Source: Nodosilinea sp.
GTDB lineage: Bacteria; Cyanobacteriota; Cyanobacteriia; Phormidesmidales; Phormidesmidaceae
Reading direction: 5' to 3'
DNA: 44,468 bases
NCBI GenBank assembly: GCA_035644955.1
Contig: DASQNN010000020.1
Location: 1 to 44,468 of the forward strand
In this document: positions 10,050 to 19,547 of the stretch, piece after piece
Position numbering within the stretch: the stretch's first letter is position 1
Layout of the letters: the number at the start of each line of letters is the position of its first letter
Translations under genes and position numbers: made by a program
The notes under the pieces: model-generated
The model's input: only the letters and a program-made list of their open reading frames with translations
Told to the model about the DNA's origin: nothing
Databases searched by the model: none

Positions 10050-10295
10050 CCCCCATAACCAACCCAGCCAGACACAATTGCAGCTGCCACAGCCCCGAAT
10101 TGCCCAGCCCCGCCACCGGCCAGACAAGCTTTCCCTGCATAGATCTCCTGGGTCGATATAAAATGGGGACTGGCCAATTTTGCCGCGTAGGCTCGGTCCA
10201 GTTCAACCTGGGCCAGAGCGCGGGTGTTTGGTTTTTCACCGTGGCTTTTTCACCGACAAACCGCCCCTTCTGGACTTGGACTAGGTTTACCCTTT

Positions 10296-12095
10296 ATGGC
10301 GCTACTCCAAAAGTTACCCCAAGTACCCGATACCCTGCGGGGTCGTACCGTAGGGCGCAGCTTTCAGGCCGTGTTTTTGCTGGCGCTGGTGTCGGTACTG
10401 CTGGTTGGCACCTTTGGCGTCCGGCTGTTTCAGCTCCAGGTAGTCAACGGCGATCGCAACCGTCAGCTGGCCGATACCAACCGCATTCGCCTGGTGCCCA
10501 AGCGCCCGGCTCGGGGCACCATTTTTGACCGCAACGGCAAAATTTTGGCGGGCAGCCGGCTGTCGCACACGGTCTCGATCTGGCCCATTGCCCTGCCCCG
10601 CGACCAGTGGCCGACGGTGATCAATCGGCTGTCGGAGGTGCTCAACATGCCCCCCGACGAAATTCAGTCGCGCCTAGAGCAGGCGGGTTACGCATCGATC
10701 GAGTCGATTACCATTGCCCGGGGCATCAGCCCGGCCCAGGCCACCGCCCTGGCGGAGTACACCAACGAGCTGCCGGGGGTGCGCCTGGAGGCCGAAGCGG
10801 TGCGTAACTACCCCAACGGCGACCTGGCCGCCCACGTCATTGGCTATACCGGCGAACTCACCGACCAGCAGCTAGAGGCGCGCCGCGCCAAAGGCTATCG
10901 CCTGGGTGATGTGGTGGGCCAGATGGGGGCCGAGGCAGCTTTTGAGAGCACCCTCCACGGAGCCTGGGGCGGGCAGCAGGTCGAAGTGGACAGCTCCGGG
11001 CGCATCATCAGCATTTTGGGCGACAAGCCCGCCATCACCGGCCAAGACATTCAGCTCACCATCGACCTTGAGCTTCAGCGGGCGGCCGAGGCGGCCCTGG
11101 GCACCCGGGAGGGCGCGATCGTCGCCATCGACCCGCGCAACGGTGCCGTGCTGGCCATGGCCAGCTGGCCCACCTACGACCCCAACATTTTTACCACCCG
11201 CATTACCGAGGCCCAGTGGCAGCAGCTCCAGGGGGCCGATCACCCCTTTCTCAACCGATCGCTGCAGGCCTTTCCGCCCGCCAGCACCTTTAAGATTGTC
11301 ACCACCGCCGCCGCGATCGAGTCGGGCCAATACTCCCCCAGCACCGTCTTGCCCACCTATCCCTACATTCAGGTGGGGGGCATTCAGTTTGGCGACTGGA
11401 ACCGGGCAGGCTTTGGCCCCCTCGGCTTTGCCGGGGCGATGGCCATGAGTAGCGACACCTTCTTCTACCAGGTGGCCATGCGCATCGGTGGTCCCACCCT
11501 GATTGAGATGACCCGCCGCTTTGGCTTTGGCCGCAAGACCGGCATTGAGCTAGGGGCCGAAGAAAGCGCCGGTCTGGTGCCCGACGACGCCTGGAAGCAG
11601 GAAGCCATTGACACCCCTTGGGTGATCGGTGACTCGATCAACATGTCTATTGGGCAGGGCTTTTTGCAGGCGACGCCGCTCCAGGTAGCCGGTATGTTTG
11701 CCATCGCCGCCAATGACGGTTACAAGGTCACCCCTCACCTGCTGAAAGACAACGAAGAGCACCGCAACTGGAAAGAATCTTTAGAGCTGAGCGACGTCAC
11801 CGTCGACCTGTTACACCAGGGCCTGCGCCGGGTGATCACCAGCGGCACCGCCTCCAGCCTAAATGTGCCCCACCTGCCGCCCTTTGCGGGCAAAACTGGC
11901 ACCGCTGAAGCTCCCCCTGGCCTCTCCCACGCCTGGTTTGGGGCCTATGCTCCCTTTGAGAATCCGGAGGTGGTGATTGTGGCCTTTGCCGAGCACTCGG
12001 GCGGTGGCGGCGGCAAGGTGGCAGCCCCCATGGTGATGCAGGTGTTAGAGGCCTACTTTGGCCACAACCCCGCGCCAGAGACAGCCGCTCGGTAG
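10296..12095 (+). CDS. mrdA: Penicillin-binding protein 2 (class B transpeptidase)
   Basis: N-terminal TM then PARGTIFDRNG. Active-site motifs PASTFK (SxxK), SSDTFFY and GKTGT. Confidence 0.93.
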   Translation: MALLQKLPQVPDTLRGRTVGRSFQAVFLLALVSVLLVGTFGVRLFQLQVVNGDRNRQLADTNRIRLVPKRPARGTIFDRNGKILAGSRLSHTVSIWPIALPRDQWPTVINRLSEVLNMPPDEIQSRLEQAGYASIESITIARGISPAQATALAEYTNELPGVRLEAEAVRNYPNGDLAAHVIGYTGELTDQQLEARRAKGYRLGDVVGQMGAEAAFESTLHGAWGGQQVEVDSSGRIISILGDKPAITGQDIQLTIDLELQRAAEAALGTREGAIVAIDPRNGAVLAMASWPTYDPNIFTTRITEAQWQQLQGADHPFLNRSLQAFPPASTFKIVTTAAAIESGQYSPSTVLPTYPYIQVGGIQFGDWNRAGFGPLGFAGAMAMSSDTFFYQVAMRIGGPTLIEMTRRFGFGRKTGIELGAEESAGLVPDDAWKQEAIDTPWVIGDSINMSIGQGFLQATPLQVAGMFAIAANDGYKVTPHLLKDNEEHRNWKESLELSDVTVDLLHQGLRRVITSGTASSLNVPHLPPFAGKTGTAEAPPGLSHAWFGAYAPFENPEVVIVAFAEHSGGGGGKVAAPMVMQVLEAYFGHNPAPETAAR

Positions 12096-12110
12096 AGAAA
12101 TTCCTGGGGG

Positions 12111-12241
12111 CTGATACCAAATCCTGCTTGGCTACTCCCGATTTAACCGGGCAAATGCCATAGAGCCTGCTCGGCTACGCCTACGCCCCTACGGTTTGAC
12201 CTTTTGGGAATCGGGGTTAGGTGGTTCCGATTTGATATGAG
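12111..12241. mobile_element. MITE/REP-like 131-bp element with 33-bp imperfect terminal inverted repeats
   Basis: Left end is CTGATACCAAATC-N8-CTACTCCCGATT. Right end reverse-complemented is CTCATATCAAATC-N8-CTAACCCCGATT. Internal CGCCCCTAC motif. Confidence 0.6.
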
Positions 12242-12284
12242 TTCGCGCCCCACTCAACCGTTTGTCCACCCGTCCACCGACTCC

Positions 12285-12638
12285 CTAACTCCGCGAAGCC
12301 AGACTAAAGTTGCGGAAGTGCTGAGCCTGGGCCTCAATGCGGCAGGCGAGGCGATCGCACACCATGCCGCAGAGGTCAAAAATGAGCTCGTCTGTCACGC
12401 TGTAGTAGGCAGAGGTGCCCTCGGTGCGCCGGCTCAAAATGCCCGCCTGAAGCATAACCTTCAAATGTTTGGAGACGTTGGCCTGGCTGGTTTGGGTGGC
12501 TTCTACCAGCTCTTGCACACATTTCTCGCCCTCCCGCAGCAGATTGAGAATTCGCAGCCGCATGGGCTCACTCAAAACACTGAAATACTCGGCAACTTGC
12601 TGCACGACTTCAACTGAAACCGGTTCTACAGGATCCAT
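12285..12638 (-). CDS. ArsR/SmtB-family transcriptional regulator
   Basis: FSVLSEPMRLRILNLL...EKCVQELV...SQANVSKHLKVM...GILSRRTEGTSAYYSV winged HTH. C-terminal LCGMVC. ATG at 12638. Confidence 0.92.
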   Translation of the reverse strand: MDPVEPVSVEVVQQVAEYFSVLSEPMRLRILNLLREGEKCVQELVEATQTSQANVSKHLKVMLQAGILSRRTEGTSAYYSVTDELIFDLCGMVCDRLACRIEAQAQHFRNFSLASRS

Positions 12639-12901
12639 CAGGGTTAGGAGGTAGGCTCGTGTGTGCGAACGATTCTCAGCAATCTTAACAACTATCCTAT
12701 TTTTGCAGCGATCGCCAGCAATACAGTCATCAAATCTTGTCAATTGCTTAAACGTGATCCCTAGGGGTTTTCGTACAGGGCTAGGAATGATCCCCAAGGT
12801 TTTTTTGTATAGGGTGGGGGGGAGATTGGGGTTAGCCCTTGGGTCAGGGGCCGCGCCGTGAGATTCTTAAAGATATCGATCACCCACCCTTGAGGACTGC
12901 C

Positions 12902-14095
12902 GTGAAAGCCATCACCCTGCTTGGTTCAACCGGGTCTATTGGCACCCAAACCCTGGATATTTTGGAGCATCACCCCGACCAGTTTCGCCTGGTAGGCATC
13001 GCCGCAGGGAACAATGTAGAGCTACTGGCCCAGCAGGTGCGCCAGTTTAAGCCCGAAATTGTGGCCATCTGCAACTCCGAGAAGCTGGGTGAGCTGCGAG
13101 CGGCCCTGGTGGGGCTTGACCCTATGCCCCAGATTCTAGCGGGGGATGACGGGGTGGTGGAAGTGGCCCGCTACGGCGATGCCGAGGCGGTGGTGACCGG
13201 CATTGTCGGCTGCGCCGGGCTGCTGCCCACCCTGGCGGCGATCGAGGCGGGTAAAGACATTGCCCTGGCCAATAAAGAAACTCTGATCGCGGGCGGCCCC
13301 GCCGTGCTGCCCCTGGTCGCAAAGCACGGCGTTAAGCTGCTGCCCGCCGACTCCGAACACTCCGCTATTTTTCAGTGCTTGCAGGGGGTGCCCGAGGGGG
13401 GGCTGCGGCGCATTTTGCTGACCGCCTCTGGCGGGGCCTTTCGCGACTGGCCCACCGAAAAGCTGGCCCAGGTGACGGTGGCCGATGCCCTCAAGCATCC
13501 CAACTGGTCGATGGGCCGCAAGATCACCGTCGATTCGGCCACTCTGATGAACAAAGGGCTGGAGGTGATCGAAGCCCACTACCTGTTTAACGTGGACTAT
13601 GACCACATCGACATCGTCATCCATCCCCAGAGCATTATCCACTCGTTGATTGAGCTGCAAGACACCTCGGTGCTGGCCCAGCTGGGCTGGCCTGACATGC
13701 GCCTGCCCCTGCTCTACGCCCTCTCCTGGCCCGATCGCATCTACACCGACTGGGAGCCGCTGGATCTGGTGAAGGCGGGCGACCACACCTTCCGCGAGCC
13801 CGACCACGCCAAATACCCCTGCATGGAGCTGGCCTACGCCGCCGGACGGGCCGGGGGCACCATGACGGCGGTGCTCAACGCCGCCAACGAGCAGGCGGTA
13901 GCGCTGTTCTTAGACGAAAAAATTCACTTTTTAGAGATTCCCAGGGTGATTGAGGGGGTATGCGATCGCCACCGCTCCCACAATGTGGTCGAGCCGAAGC
14001 TGGCCGATATTCTCGCCGCTGACCAGTGGGCCAGAGCCGAGGTGCTCAGCGTCAGCGAGACCATGACCCATGCAACCGTTGTTTCTCTGGGGTAG
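12902..14095 (+). CDS. dxr: 1-deoxy-D-xylulose-5-phosphate reductoisomerase
   Basis: [54 protein letters not shown] and NAANE. GTG start at 12902 with GAGG upstream. Confidence 0.98.
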   Translation: MKAITLLGSTGSIGTQTLDILEHHPDQFRLVGIAAGNNVELLAQQVRQFKPEIVAICNSEKLGELRAALVGLDPMPQILAGDDGVVEVARYGDAEAVVTGIVGCAGLLPTLAAIEAGKDIALANKETLIAGGPAVLPLVAKHGVKLLPADSEHSAIFQCLQGVPEGGLRRILLTASGGAFRDWPTEKLAQVTVADALKHPNWSMGRKITVDSATLMNKGLEVIEAHYLFNVDYDHIDIVIHPQSIIHSLIELQDTSVLAQLGWPDMRLPLLYALSWPDRIYTDWEPLDLVKAGDHTFREPDHAKYPCMELAYAAGRAGGTMTAVLNAANEQAVALFLDEKIHFLEIPRVIEGVCDRHRSHNVVEPKLADILAADQWARAEVLSVSETMTHATVVSLG

Positions 14096-14100
14096 GCACC

Positions 14101-14301
14101 GTGGAGCTGCTGATTGTACTGGGGGCAATTGTCGTGGCGTTGGTAGTGTTTGTCTGGCTGTTTAAGCTGGTCAAAAATACCATTCAGACCGTGCTGCTAG
14201 TAGCCTTTTTGCTGCTGGCCCTCTATTTCTTGTTTGGCATTGGCCCCGGTGCGATCTGGGAGCAGATTCAAATTTGGCTCGGTGGTGGCCAGGGCCGGTA
14301 G
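14101..14301 (+). CDS. Small two-TM membrane protein, probably co-transcribed with dxr
   Basis: GTG 5 nt after the dxr stop. Sequence MELLIVLGAIVVALVVFVWLFKLVKNTIQTVLLVAFLLLALYFLFGIGP has two hydrophobic helices. Confidence 0.8.
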   Translation: MELLIVLGAIVVALVVFVWLFKLVKNTIQTVLLVAFLLLALYFLFGIGPGAIWEQIQIWLGGGQGR

Positions 14302-14328
14302 CTGTCCCTGGGAGCTGGCAACCCCACC

Positions 14329-17300
14329 TCACCTCCACGGACACGGGCCAGGGGATGGCAGTGCGGGTCGAGGCGCCAGGGCCAGGCTGATGACCTGCCA
14401 GGGGGTGACAGTCCCCGATGCCGCCGCCTGGGGCTGCTCTAGCAGATTGACCGAGCCAGTAATATCTACGGGCAGGGTGCCGCCCAGGGCGAGGGGGCTG
14501 CTGGCTCCGGTACTTTCGTAGGCCCGCAGAATGTACTGGCCTGCTTGGCCTTCTGCCTGCTTGAGGGCCGATAGCACTAGGGTGGTGTCTCCCAGGCTGA
14601 GAAAGCTGGCGGCGGCTGGCCCTTCGATCGGTGAAGCTGACGGCCCCCCCAGGCAGGAGCAAATCGGAAGACTGAAGCTGCGGGCCACTTGAACCGTTTT
14701 AGCCTGCTGCCAGCCTTCGGTGTGGGGGTAGATCGCGTAGCTAAAGGTGTTGAGGCCGCGATCGCACCCTGGATCAGGCCAGATCGGGGCCTTTAGCAGC
14801 GTCAGCCGCAGCTGGCTGGGGGTGGCATCAAACCCGTGCTTGTAGTCGGTGAGAATGCTCACGCCTCGTTCACCATCGCTCAGATCGGCCCAGCGTAGAG
14901 CGGGCACCTCCCACTTGGCGGCGGCCTGGGGGGTGTCAGGGGTGGTGGCACGGGCGATCGCCCCAAAGGGAGTCTCATAGGTGGCCTGGGCCGCCGCCAC
15001 CGTTAGGGGAAAGGCCACCTTCAGCACCACCTGAGTTTCCTGCCAATCGACCTGGGTGTGCACAGCCAGCCCGGGTGACCCCACATCGAGGCAGTAGTCT
15101 TGGGTGATGGTGGACTGGTTAAAGGCGTGGACCACGCGCAGGGTCTGCCGCACCGGGCCGTACTCAACCCAGCGAATCTCTTTGAGCTGAAAATTTTCGA
15201 GGGGATGGTCCTGGTAGTCGGGGGCGATATTCCAGGCATCCCAGTACTCACCCTGGTCTTTAAACGCCTGGAGCTGGTTTCCACAGCCGTGGAAGGTCTC
15301 GGTACCCGTGAGCTTCTGAACCAAGCTGGCAATGGCTCCGGTGGACGGATCAATTCTTGCCCGCAAATGCTCGTTCTCCAGCACCCAATCATCAGGTGGC
15401 CAATCCTCAGTCGGAACAACAGCCAGCGGAGCCTCCGCTGGCATCAGCCAGATCAGCCGATAGCCCACCGAAGGAATATTTGGCACAAAGACCAGCAGCG
15501 ATGGCGCTTCAGTCTGCCCTGACTGGGTCAAGAGCGGTTGTCCAGCGGCATCCTGCGCTTGCCATTGGGACAGCGCTACGTCGGGGGGCAGGGCGATCGC
15601 CACCACTTCGCTGCGCTCCCAGTTGAGCGGGTTAAACAGCACCACCGGCACGGCGTTGGGATGGGGAGATGATGGGATAGGGCAGCGCTGGCTCAGGGCT
15701 GCGAGGGAAGTTTGCAGAATGCGATCGCCCGTCTCCAGCGCCCACTGCCACTCGCCGTTGGCCTGCTCAAACACCTCAGGAATCGACGATCCCGGCAAAA
15801 TATCGTGGAACTGGTTAAACAGCACCCGCTTCCAGGCGGCCTCTAGCTCGGCCTGGGGATAGGGCAGTAGGTCATAGATGGCGGCAATGGAGGCAAACAG
15901 TTCGGCCTGAAACAGCGCATCTTCGCAGCGGCGGTTGTACTGCTTTTGGTCGCCGTGGGTGGTGTAGCAGCCCCGGTGGAGTTCGAGGTAGAGTTCGTCG
16001 CGCCACAGGGGGAGGGGGTGAGTGGGTGGGTAGATAGGTGGATGGGTGGATGGGGGGATGGGTGGATGGGTAAGTTGGTCTTGCTCAGCGAGGGGGGATG
16101 GGGGGATGGGGAGAGGGAAGGTAGGGCCGTGATGAGTTGCGTTTGCTGGGGGATTCGTATTCTCTGTGAAAAAGGGTTGGGTAAGGGCGTCAAACAAGGG
16201 AACGGCGTGGCCGAAGGTGAGGGTGGGGAAAAAGGGGGAATTAGCCCAGCGCTGGGCTTTGAGCAGCATGTCGCGGGTGGGGCCGCCGCCGTGGTCGCCG
16301 ACGCCGGGGAGCCAGAGGGCATCGGCAAACCCGGTGTTGGCTTCCCACTGGCTGGCGTACTGGGCCATGGCGACGGGGTCAATATCGGTGCCGATGGGGG
16401 GCAGAGTAACGCCGGTGATCTCGCTGCCGTCTGGGCCCTGCCAGGTAAACAGGTCGTGGGGAAAGGGGTTGGTGTCGTTCCAGCGCAGCTTTTGGGTGGC
16501 GAAGTAGCGAATGCCGCCTTGGGTCAACAGCTGGGGCAGCTGCCAGCAAAAGCCAAAGGTGTCGGGTAGCCAGGCAATCGCGCTGACCGCGCCAAATTTT
16601 TCCAGACAATACCGCTGGCCGTAGAGAATTTGCCGGGCGATCGCCTCACCCCCTGGCAGGTTCAGGTCGGGCTCTACCCACAGCCCAGCGTCGATGGCCC
16701 AGCGCCCTGCTTTCACCTCTTGCTGCAGGGTGGCAAATAGCTCGGGTCGGTGCTGCTCTAGCCAGGCAAACAACGCTGGCGACGAGTGGCTAAAGGTCAG
16801 CTCTGGAAAGTCTTTTTGCAGCGCCAGCACCGAGCGAAAAGTGCTTTCGGCAGCTTGCCAGGTGTCGGCAACGGGCCACAGCCAGGCCAGATCGAGATGG
16901 GCATGGCCCAGGCAGTGAAGAGTGCGCTGCTTCAGCCAGGGGGAGAATTGACTGAGCGATGCCCGCAGGTCTAGAAGGGACTGGTGAAAGCGATTCTCCC
17001 CGCCTTCAGGAGCCGAGTTGGAGTGAGTAGCGGCGGCAGAAGCGTGGGTCTGCCCTGAAGGGCGATCGCCGACCGCAGTCCAGGCAATGCCCTCCAGGGC
17101 TTCACTCAGCACCGCCAGCTTTTCAGGCTCGAACTGGGTCAGGTAGGTGGCCAGCACCGCCAGCTCATCGGCCACAAAGCTCGGTTCTGGGCAGTCGCCC
17201 GCCGTTTCAAACACCAGCTCCGCCTGCACCAGCGCCCCCTCATCGTGGCCAGGGCTGAGCAGCCGGAGAGAGACATCCACCCACTCCCCCGGCACAACGG

Positions 17301-17691
17301 CCTCGGTCAGCACAATGCGCGTCCAGCAGTCAAAAATATCCCCTGACTGAACCAGCTCGCCATTGACAAAGATATCGGCCTGGTGGGCCCACCACCGCAG
17401 GGCCAGCCGCGCTGTCAGCCCCGCCAGGGGGTAGCCGTTGAGGTCGGCGGGCCAGGTAAAGCGCTGGTGCAGCCCCAGGGGCACGTGGCCCTGGGGCCAG
17501 GGAATGTGGTCGCGATCGTTGAGGGTAGCCAGCGGCCAGGTCTGCCACTCGCCAGTTGGAACAGTCTGGGTTGCCGACGCAGGACAGCGGTGCCAGGTGG
17601 GCCGCACGTCTTTTTGGCTCAGCGATCGCAGGCGATCGAGGACGGCTAAGATCGACTGGGGCGGTACAGGGTGAACGGTGGCGGGGGGCAT
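14329..17691 (-). CDS. Alpha-mannosidase, glycoside hydrolase family 38
   Basis: GHAHLDLAWLW (Zn ligands), WLPDTFG (nucleophile), GDHGGGP, ELYLELHRG and NQFHDILPGS. Confidence 0.95.
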   Translation of the reverse strand: MPPATVHPVPPQSILAVLDRLRSLSQKDVRPTWHRCPASATQTVPTGEWQTWPLATLNDRDHIPWPQGHVPLGLHQRFTWPADLNGYPLAGLTARLALRWWAHQADIFVNGELVQSGDIFDCWTRIVLTEAVVPGEWVDVSLRLLSPGHDEGALVQAELVFETAGDCPEPSFVADELAVLATYLTQFEPEKLAVLSEALEGIAWTAVGDRPSGQTHASAAATHSNSAPEGGENRFHQSLLDLRASLSQFSPWLKQRTLHCLGHAHLDLAWLWPVADTWQAAESTFRSVLALQKDFPELTFSHSSPALFAWLEQHRPELFATLQQEVKAGRWAIDAGLWVEPDLNLPGGEAIARQILYGQRYCLEKFGAVSAIAWLPDTFGFCWQLPQLLTQGGIRYFATQKLRWNDTNPFPHDLFTWQGPDGSEITGVTLPPIGTDIDPVAMAQYASQWEANTGFADALWLPGVGDHGGGPTRDMLLKAQRWANSPFFPTLTFGHAVPLFDALTQPFFTENTNPPANATHHGPTFPLPIPPSPLAEQDQLTHPPIPPSTHPPIYPPTHPLPLWRDELYLELHRGCYTTHGDQKQYNRRCEDALFQAELFASIAAIYDLLPYPQAELEAAWKRVLFNQFHDILPGSSIPEVFEQANGEWQWALETGDRILQTSLAALSQRCPIPSSPHPNAVPVVLFNPLNWERSEVVAIALPPDVALSQWQAQDAAGQPLLTQSGQTEAPSLLVFVPNIPSVGYRLIWLMPAEAPLAVVPTEDWPPDDWVLENEHLRARIDPSTGAIASLVQKLTGTETFHGCGNQLQAFKDQGEYWDAWNIAPDYQDHPLENFQLKEIRWVEYGPVRQTLRVVHAFNQSTITQDYCLDVGSPGLAVHTQVDWQETQVVLKVAFPLTVAAAQATYETPFGAIARATTPDTPQAAAKWEVPALRWADLSDGERGVSILTDYKHGFDATPSQLRLTLLKAPIWPDPGCDRGLNTFSYAIYPHTEGWQQAKTVQVARSFSLPICSCLGGPSASPIEGPAAASFLSLGDTTLVLSALKQAEGQAGQYILRAYESTGASSPLALGGTLPVDITGSVNLLEQPQAAASGTVTPWQVISLALAPRPALPSPGPCPWR
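16016..16112. repeat. Octameric G-rich tandem repeat (GGGTGGAT/GGGGGGAT) inside the mannosidase ORF
   Basis: Reads ...GGGTAGAT AGGTGGAT GGGTGGAT GGGGGGAT GGGTGGAT GGGTAAGT..., with two more GGGGGGAT units further on. Encodes PIPPS...THPPIPPSTHPPIYPPTHPL. Confidence 0.8.
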
Positions 17692-17760
17692 GGCTCCGGT
17701 ATGATCTAAGGCAGTCTCCCCAGTTTAGGGAGAAGTGTAGGCAGACGTGTAGGCAGAGTT

Positions 17761-19035
17761 ATGGCGACCTCGTCACGCCCATTTCAAAGCCAGACCGTGG
17801 CTCGCCTAGTGGCGGGCTATCGGCAGATGGCCCACGGGGCTGGGCGGTGGCTGCGCCAGGGCCGCACAGCGGCGGTGTGGGGGTTGCAGGTGGCGGTGTA
17901 TCCCCTCTACGTGGCGGTGCAAGGGGTGCGCCTGGGCTATCGACAGCTGCGGGCCAAGCGCCCTTGGCAGCCGCTCTGGGCTAGCCTTACCGGCACGACT
18001 ACCCCAGAGCCAGTCGGGGCCGACACCCCCATTCGCGCCCTGCTATCGGTCATTCAGCCGCCGGTTATTCCGTCTCCTAAAGGGCAGTCTTTAGGAGAGC
18101 AGCCTTCAGGGGGGCAGTCTTTAGGAGATCGGCCGGGGCTGAAGCTGGTGAATGGGTACGGGCGATGGCTCAGGCAGTCGCGGGCCGGGGCCGTGCTCAC
18201 CCCCGGCCGGTGGTACCTGATCCCGTTTCAAGCTCCCATTCGCGGCATTGCCTCGGATCTGGCGACCCGCAACCTGGTGCTGGTCACCGTCCACAATGAC
18301 ATTTTTACCGAGCTAACCGACGACCAGCGGCAGCGGTTGCACCAGGCCCTGGTGCTGATGCTGGCCGAATACGCTCGCCTGAGTCGCCGCCACGCCCTAG
18401 ACCACACCCTCCAGCAGCCCAGGCTGCCCCTGCCTCGACCCAGCCCCCTGGCGCTGCCCCCCTGGCGCTGGCTGCCCAAGGCCCTGCGCTGGCTGCAAAC
18501 CAGCCCCCTCGCTGCCGCCACCAGCCTGTTTGGCGAAGCCCAGCAGACGACTCAGGCGATCGCCCGGCCCAGACCCGCAGTCAGCGGCACCAATCTCGTC
18601 GTCCAAGCCACCAGACTCTATCTCAGACCCAGCTTCCCCGCGGGCACCCGCGAGCGGACCAGACAGCTTCACGGCCAGCCCGCTCGCGCCAGTCTGCCAG
18701 GGACTAGCTTGGTAGCCGAGGCCGTAGCCCTGATCGTGGCTGGCCCCAGCGCGGTGGTAGAAAGCCTGCCCTCGCCAATGGCCCGTCAATCGCTTCCCCT
18801 GGATCTATCCGTGGAGCCCGATGCCGCGATCGCCGCTCGGCCAGAGCGCTTAACGACGTTAGAAGTGCGCCCCACCGCCCCGCTTGCGTCCCCCCCGGCC
18901 CTAGAGGCCCAAGTCACCCAGGTACACTACGTCGATGCGCCCCTAGTGGCGGTGCTGCGCGGCCTAGACTGGGTGCTGTACGCGATTGAAACCTGGTTAC
19001 GGGGGTGCTGGGCCTGGCTGCAAAAGCATTGGTAA
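17761..19035 (+). CDS. Conserved cyanobacterial hypothetical protein
   Basis: 424-aa ORF with segments FQSQ...WGLQVAVYP.Y, IRGIASDLATRNLVLVT..N.I and EAQVTQVHYV..PL..VL..LD. Divergent from the mannosidase. Confidence 0.75.
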   Translation: MATSSRPFQSQTVARLVAGYRQMAHGAGRWLRQGRTAAVWGLQVAVYPLYVAVQGVRLGYRQLRAKRPWQPLWASLTGTTTPEPVGADTPIRALLSVIQPPVIPSPKGQSLGEQPSGGQSLGDRPGLKLVNGYGRWLRQSRAGAVLTPGRWYLIPFQAPIRGIASDLATRNLVLVTVHNDIFTELTDDQRQRLHQALVLMLAEYARLSRRHALDHTLQQPRLPLPRPSPLALPPWRWLPKALRWLQTSPLAAATSLFGEAQQTTQAIARPRPAVSGTNLVVQATRLYLRPSFPAGTRERTRQLHGQPARASLPGTSLVAEAVALIVAGPSAVVESLPSPMARQSLPLDLSVEPDAAIAARPERLTTLEVRPTAPLASPPALEAQVTQVHYVDAPLVAVLRGLDWVLYAIETWLRGCWAWLQKHW

Positions 19036-19182
19036 TGGTCAGAGTCATTTAGAGAGGCGAACGTTTGGCGATATGATAGGGCAAGCTTAGTCCTGCACCG
19101 GGGCCGTTTCCATCGATGGAACGCTGATGCTGTTTGGAGCAGGTCTTGGGCCAACTCTGCTAGCGGTTTGGAGACCTAACTC

Positions 19183-19299
19183 ATGCTGACCCTCAAGATT
19201 GTGGTTTACCTCGTGGTCGCCTTTTTTGTGGCCCTGTTTGTATTTGGCTTTTTAAGCGGTGACCCCTCCCGCAACCCCGGACAACAAGATATGGAATAG
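19183..19299 (+). CDS. psbI: Photosystem II reaction centre protein I
   Basis: Manual translation gives [38 protein letters not shown] (38 aa), with GGAGA upstream. Not in the ORF track. Confidence 0.97.
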   Translation: MLTLKIVVYLVVAFFVALFVFGFLSGDPSRNPGQQDME

Positions 19300-19325
19300 G
19301 GTAAATCCGCAGGAGTGGAGTGCCC

Positions 19326-19377
19326 GTGTCGGCTGGGCCTAGTCTGAGCCTAGGCCCAGGCTAGGCCCAGCCGACAC
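19326..19377. terminator. 52-bp near-perfect palindrome downstream of psbI (3' stem-loop: terminator or stability element)
   Basis: GTGTCGGCTGGGCCTAGTCTGAGCCT|AGGCCCAGGCTAGGCCCAGCCGACAC, 24 of 26 positions complementary. No U-tract. Confidence 0.65.
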
Positions 19378-19547
19378 CATCTTCGGCGGAACTTGAACCT
19401 CTCAAATTGGTCTGTGATCTGGCGGCGGCCTAAAACGCTGTCGCCAGGCCTATTTAGCCAAGTAGCTGGCGCTGATCCCAATCAGGCAGCTATGGCCTAG
19501 TTGAGCCCGCACGTCGGGCTTTGTTTTTGCTTTGGTGATGCCAGCCC

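Noticed and set aside
12639..12901. Extended N-termini given by the ORF track for the ArsR gene (12797) and dxr (12839), and similarly for lepA, rbcR and Tic22
   Set aside because: Family-typical N-termini begin at downstream start codons, and the extensions run through promoter-like DNA.
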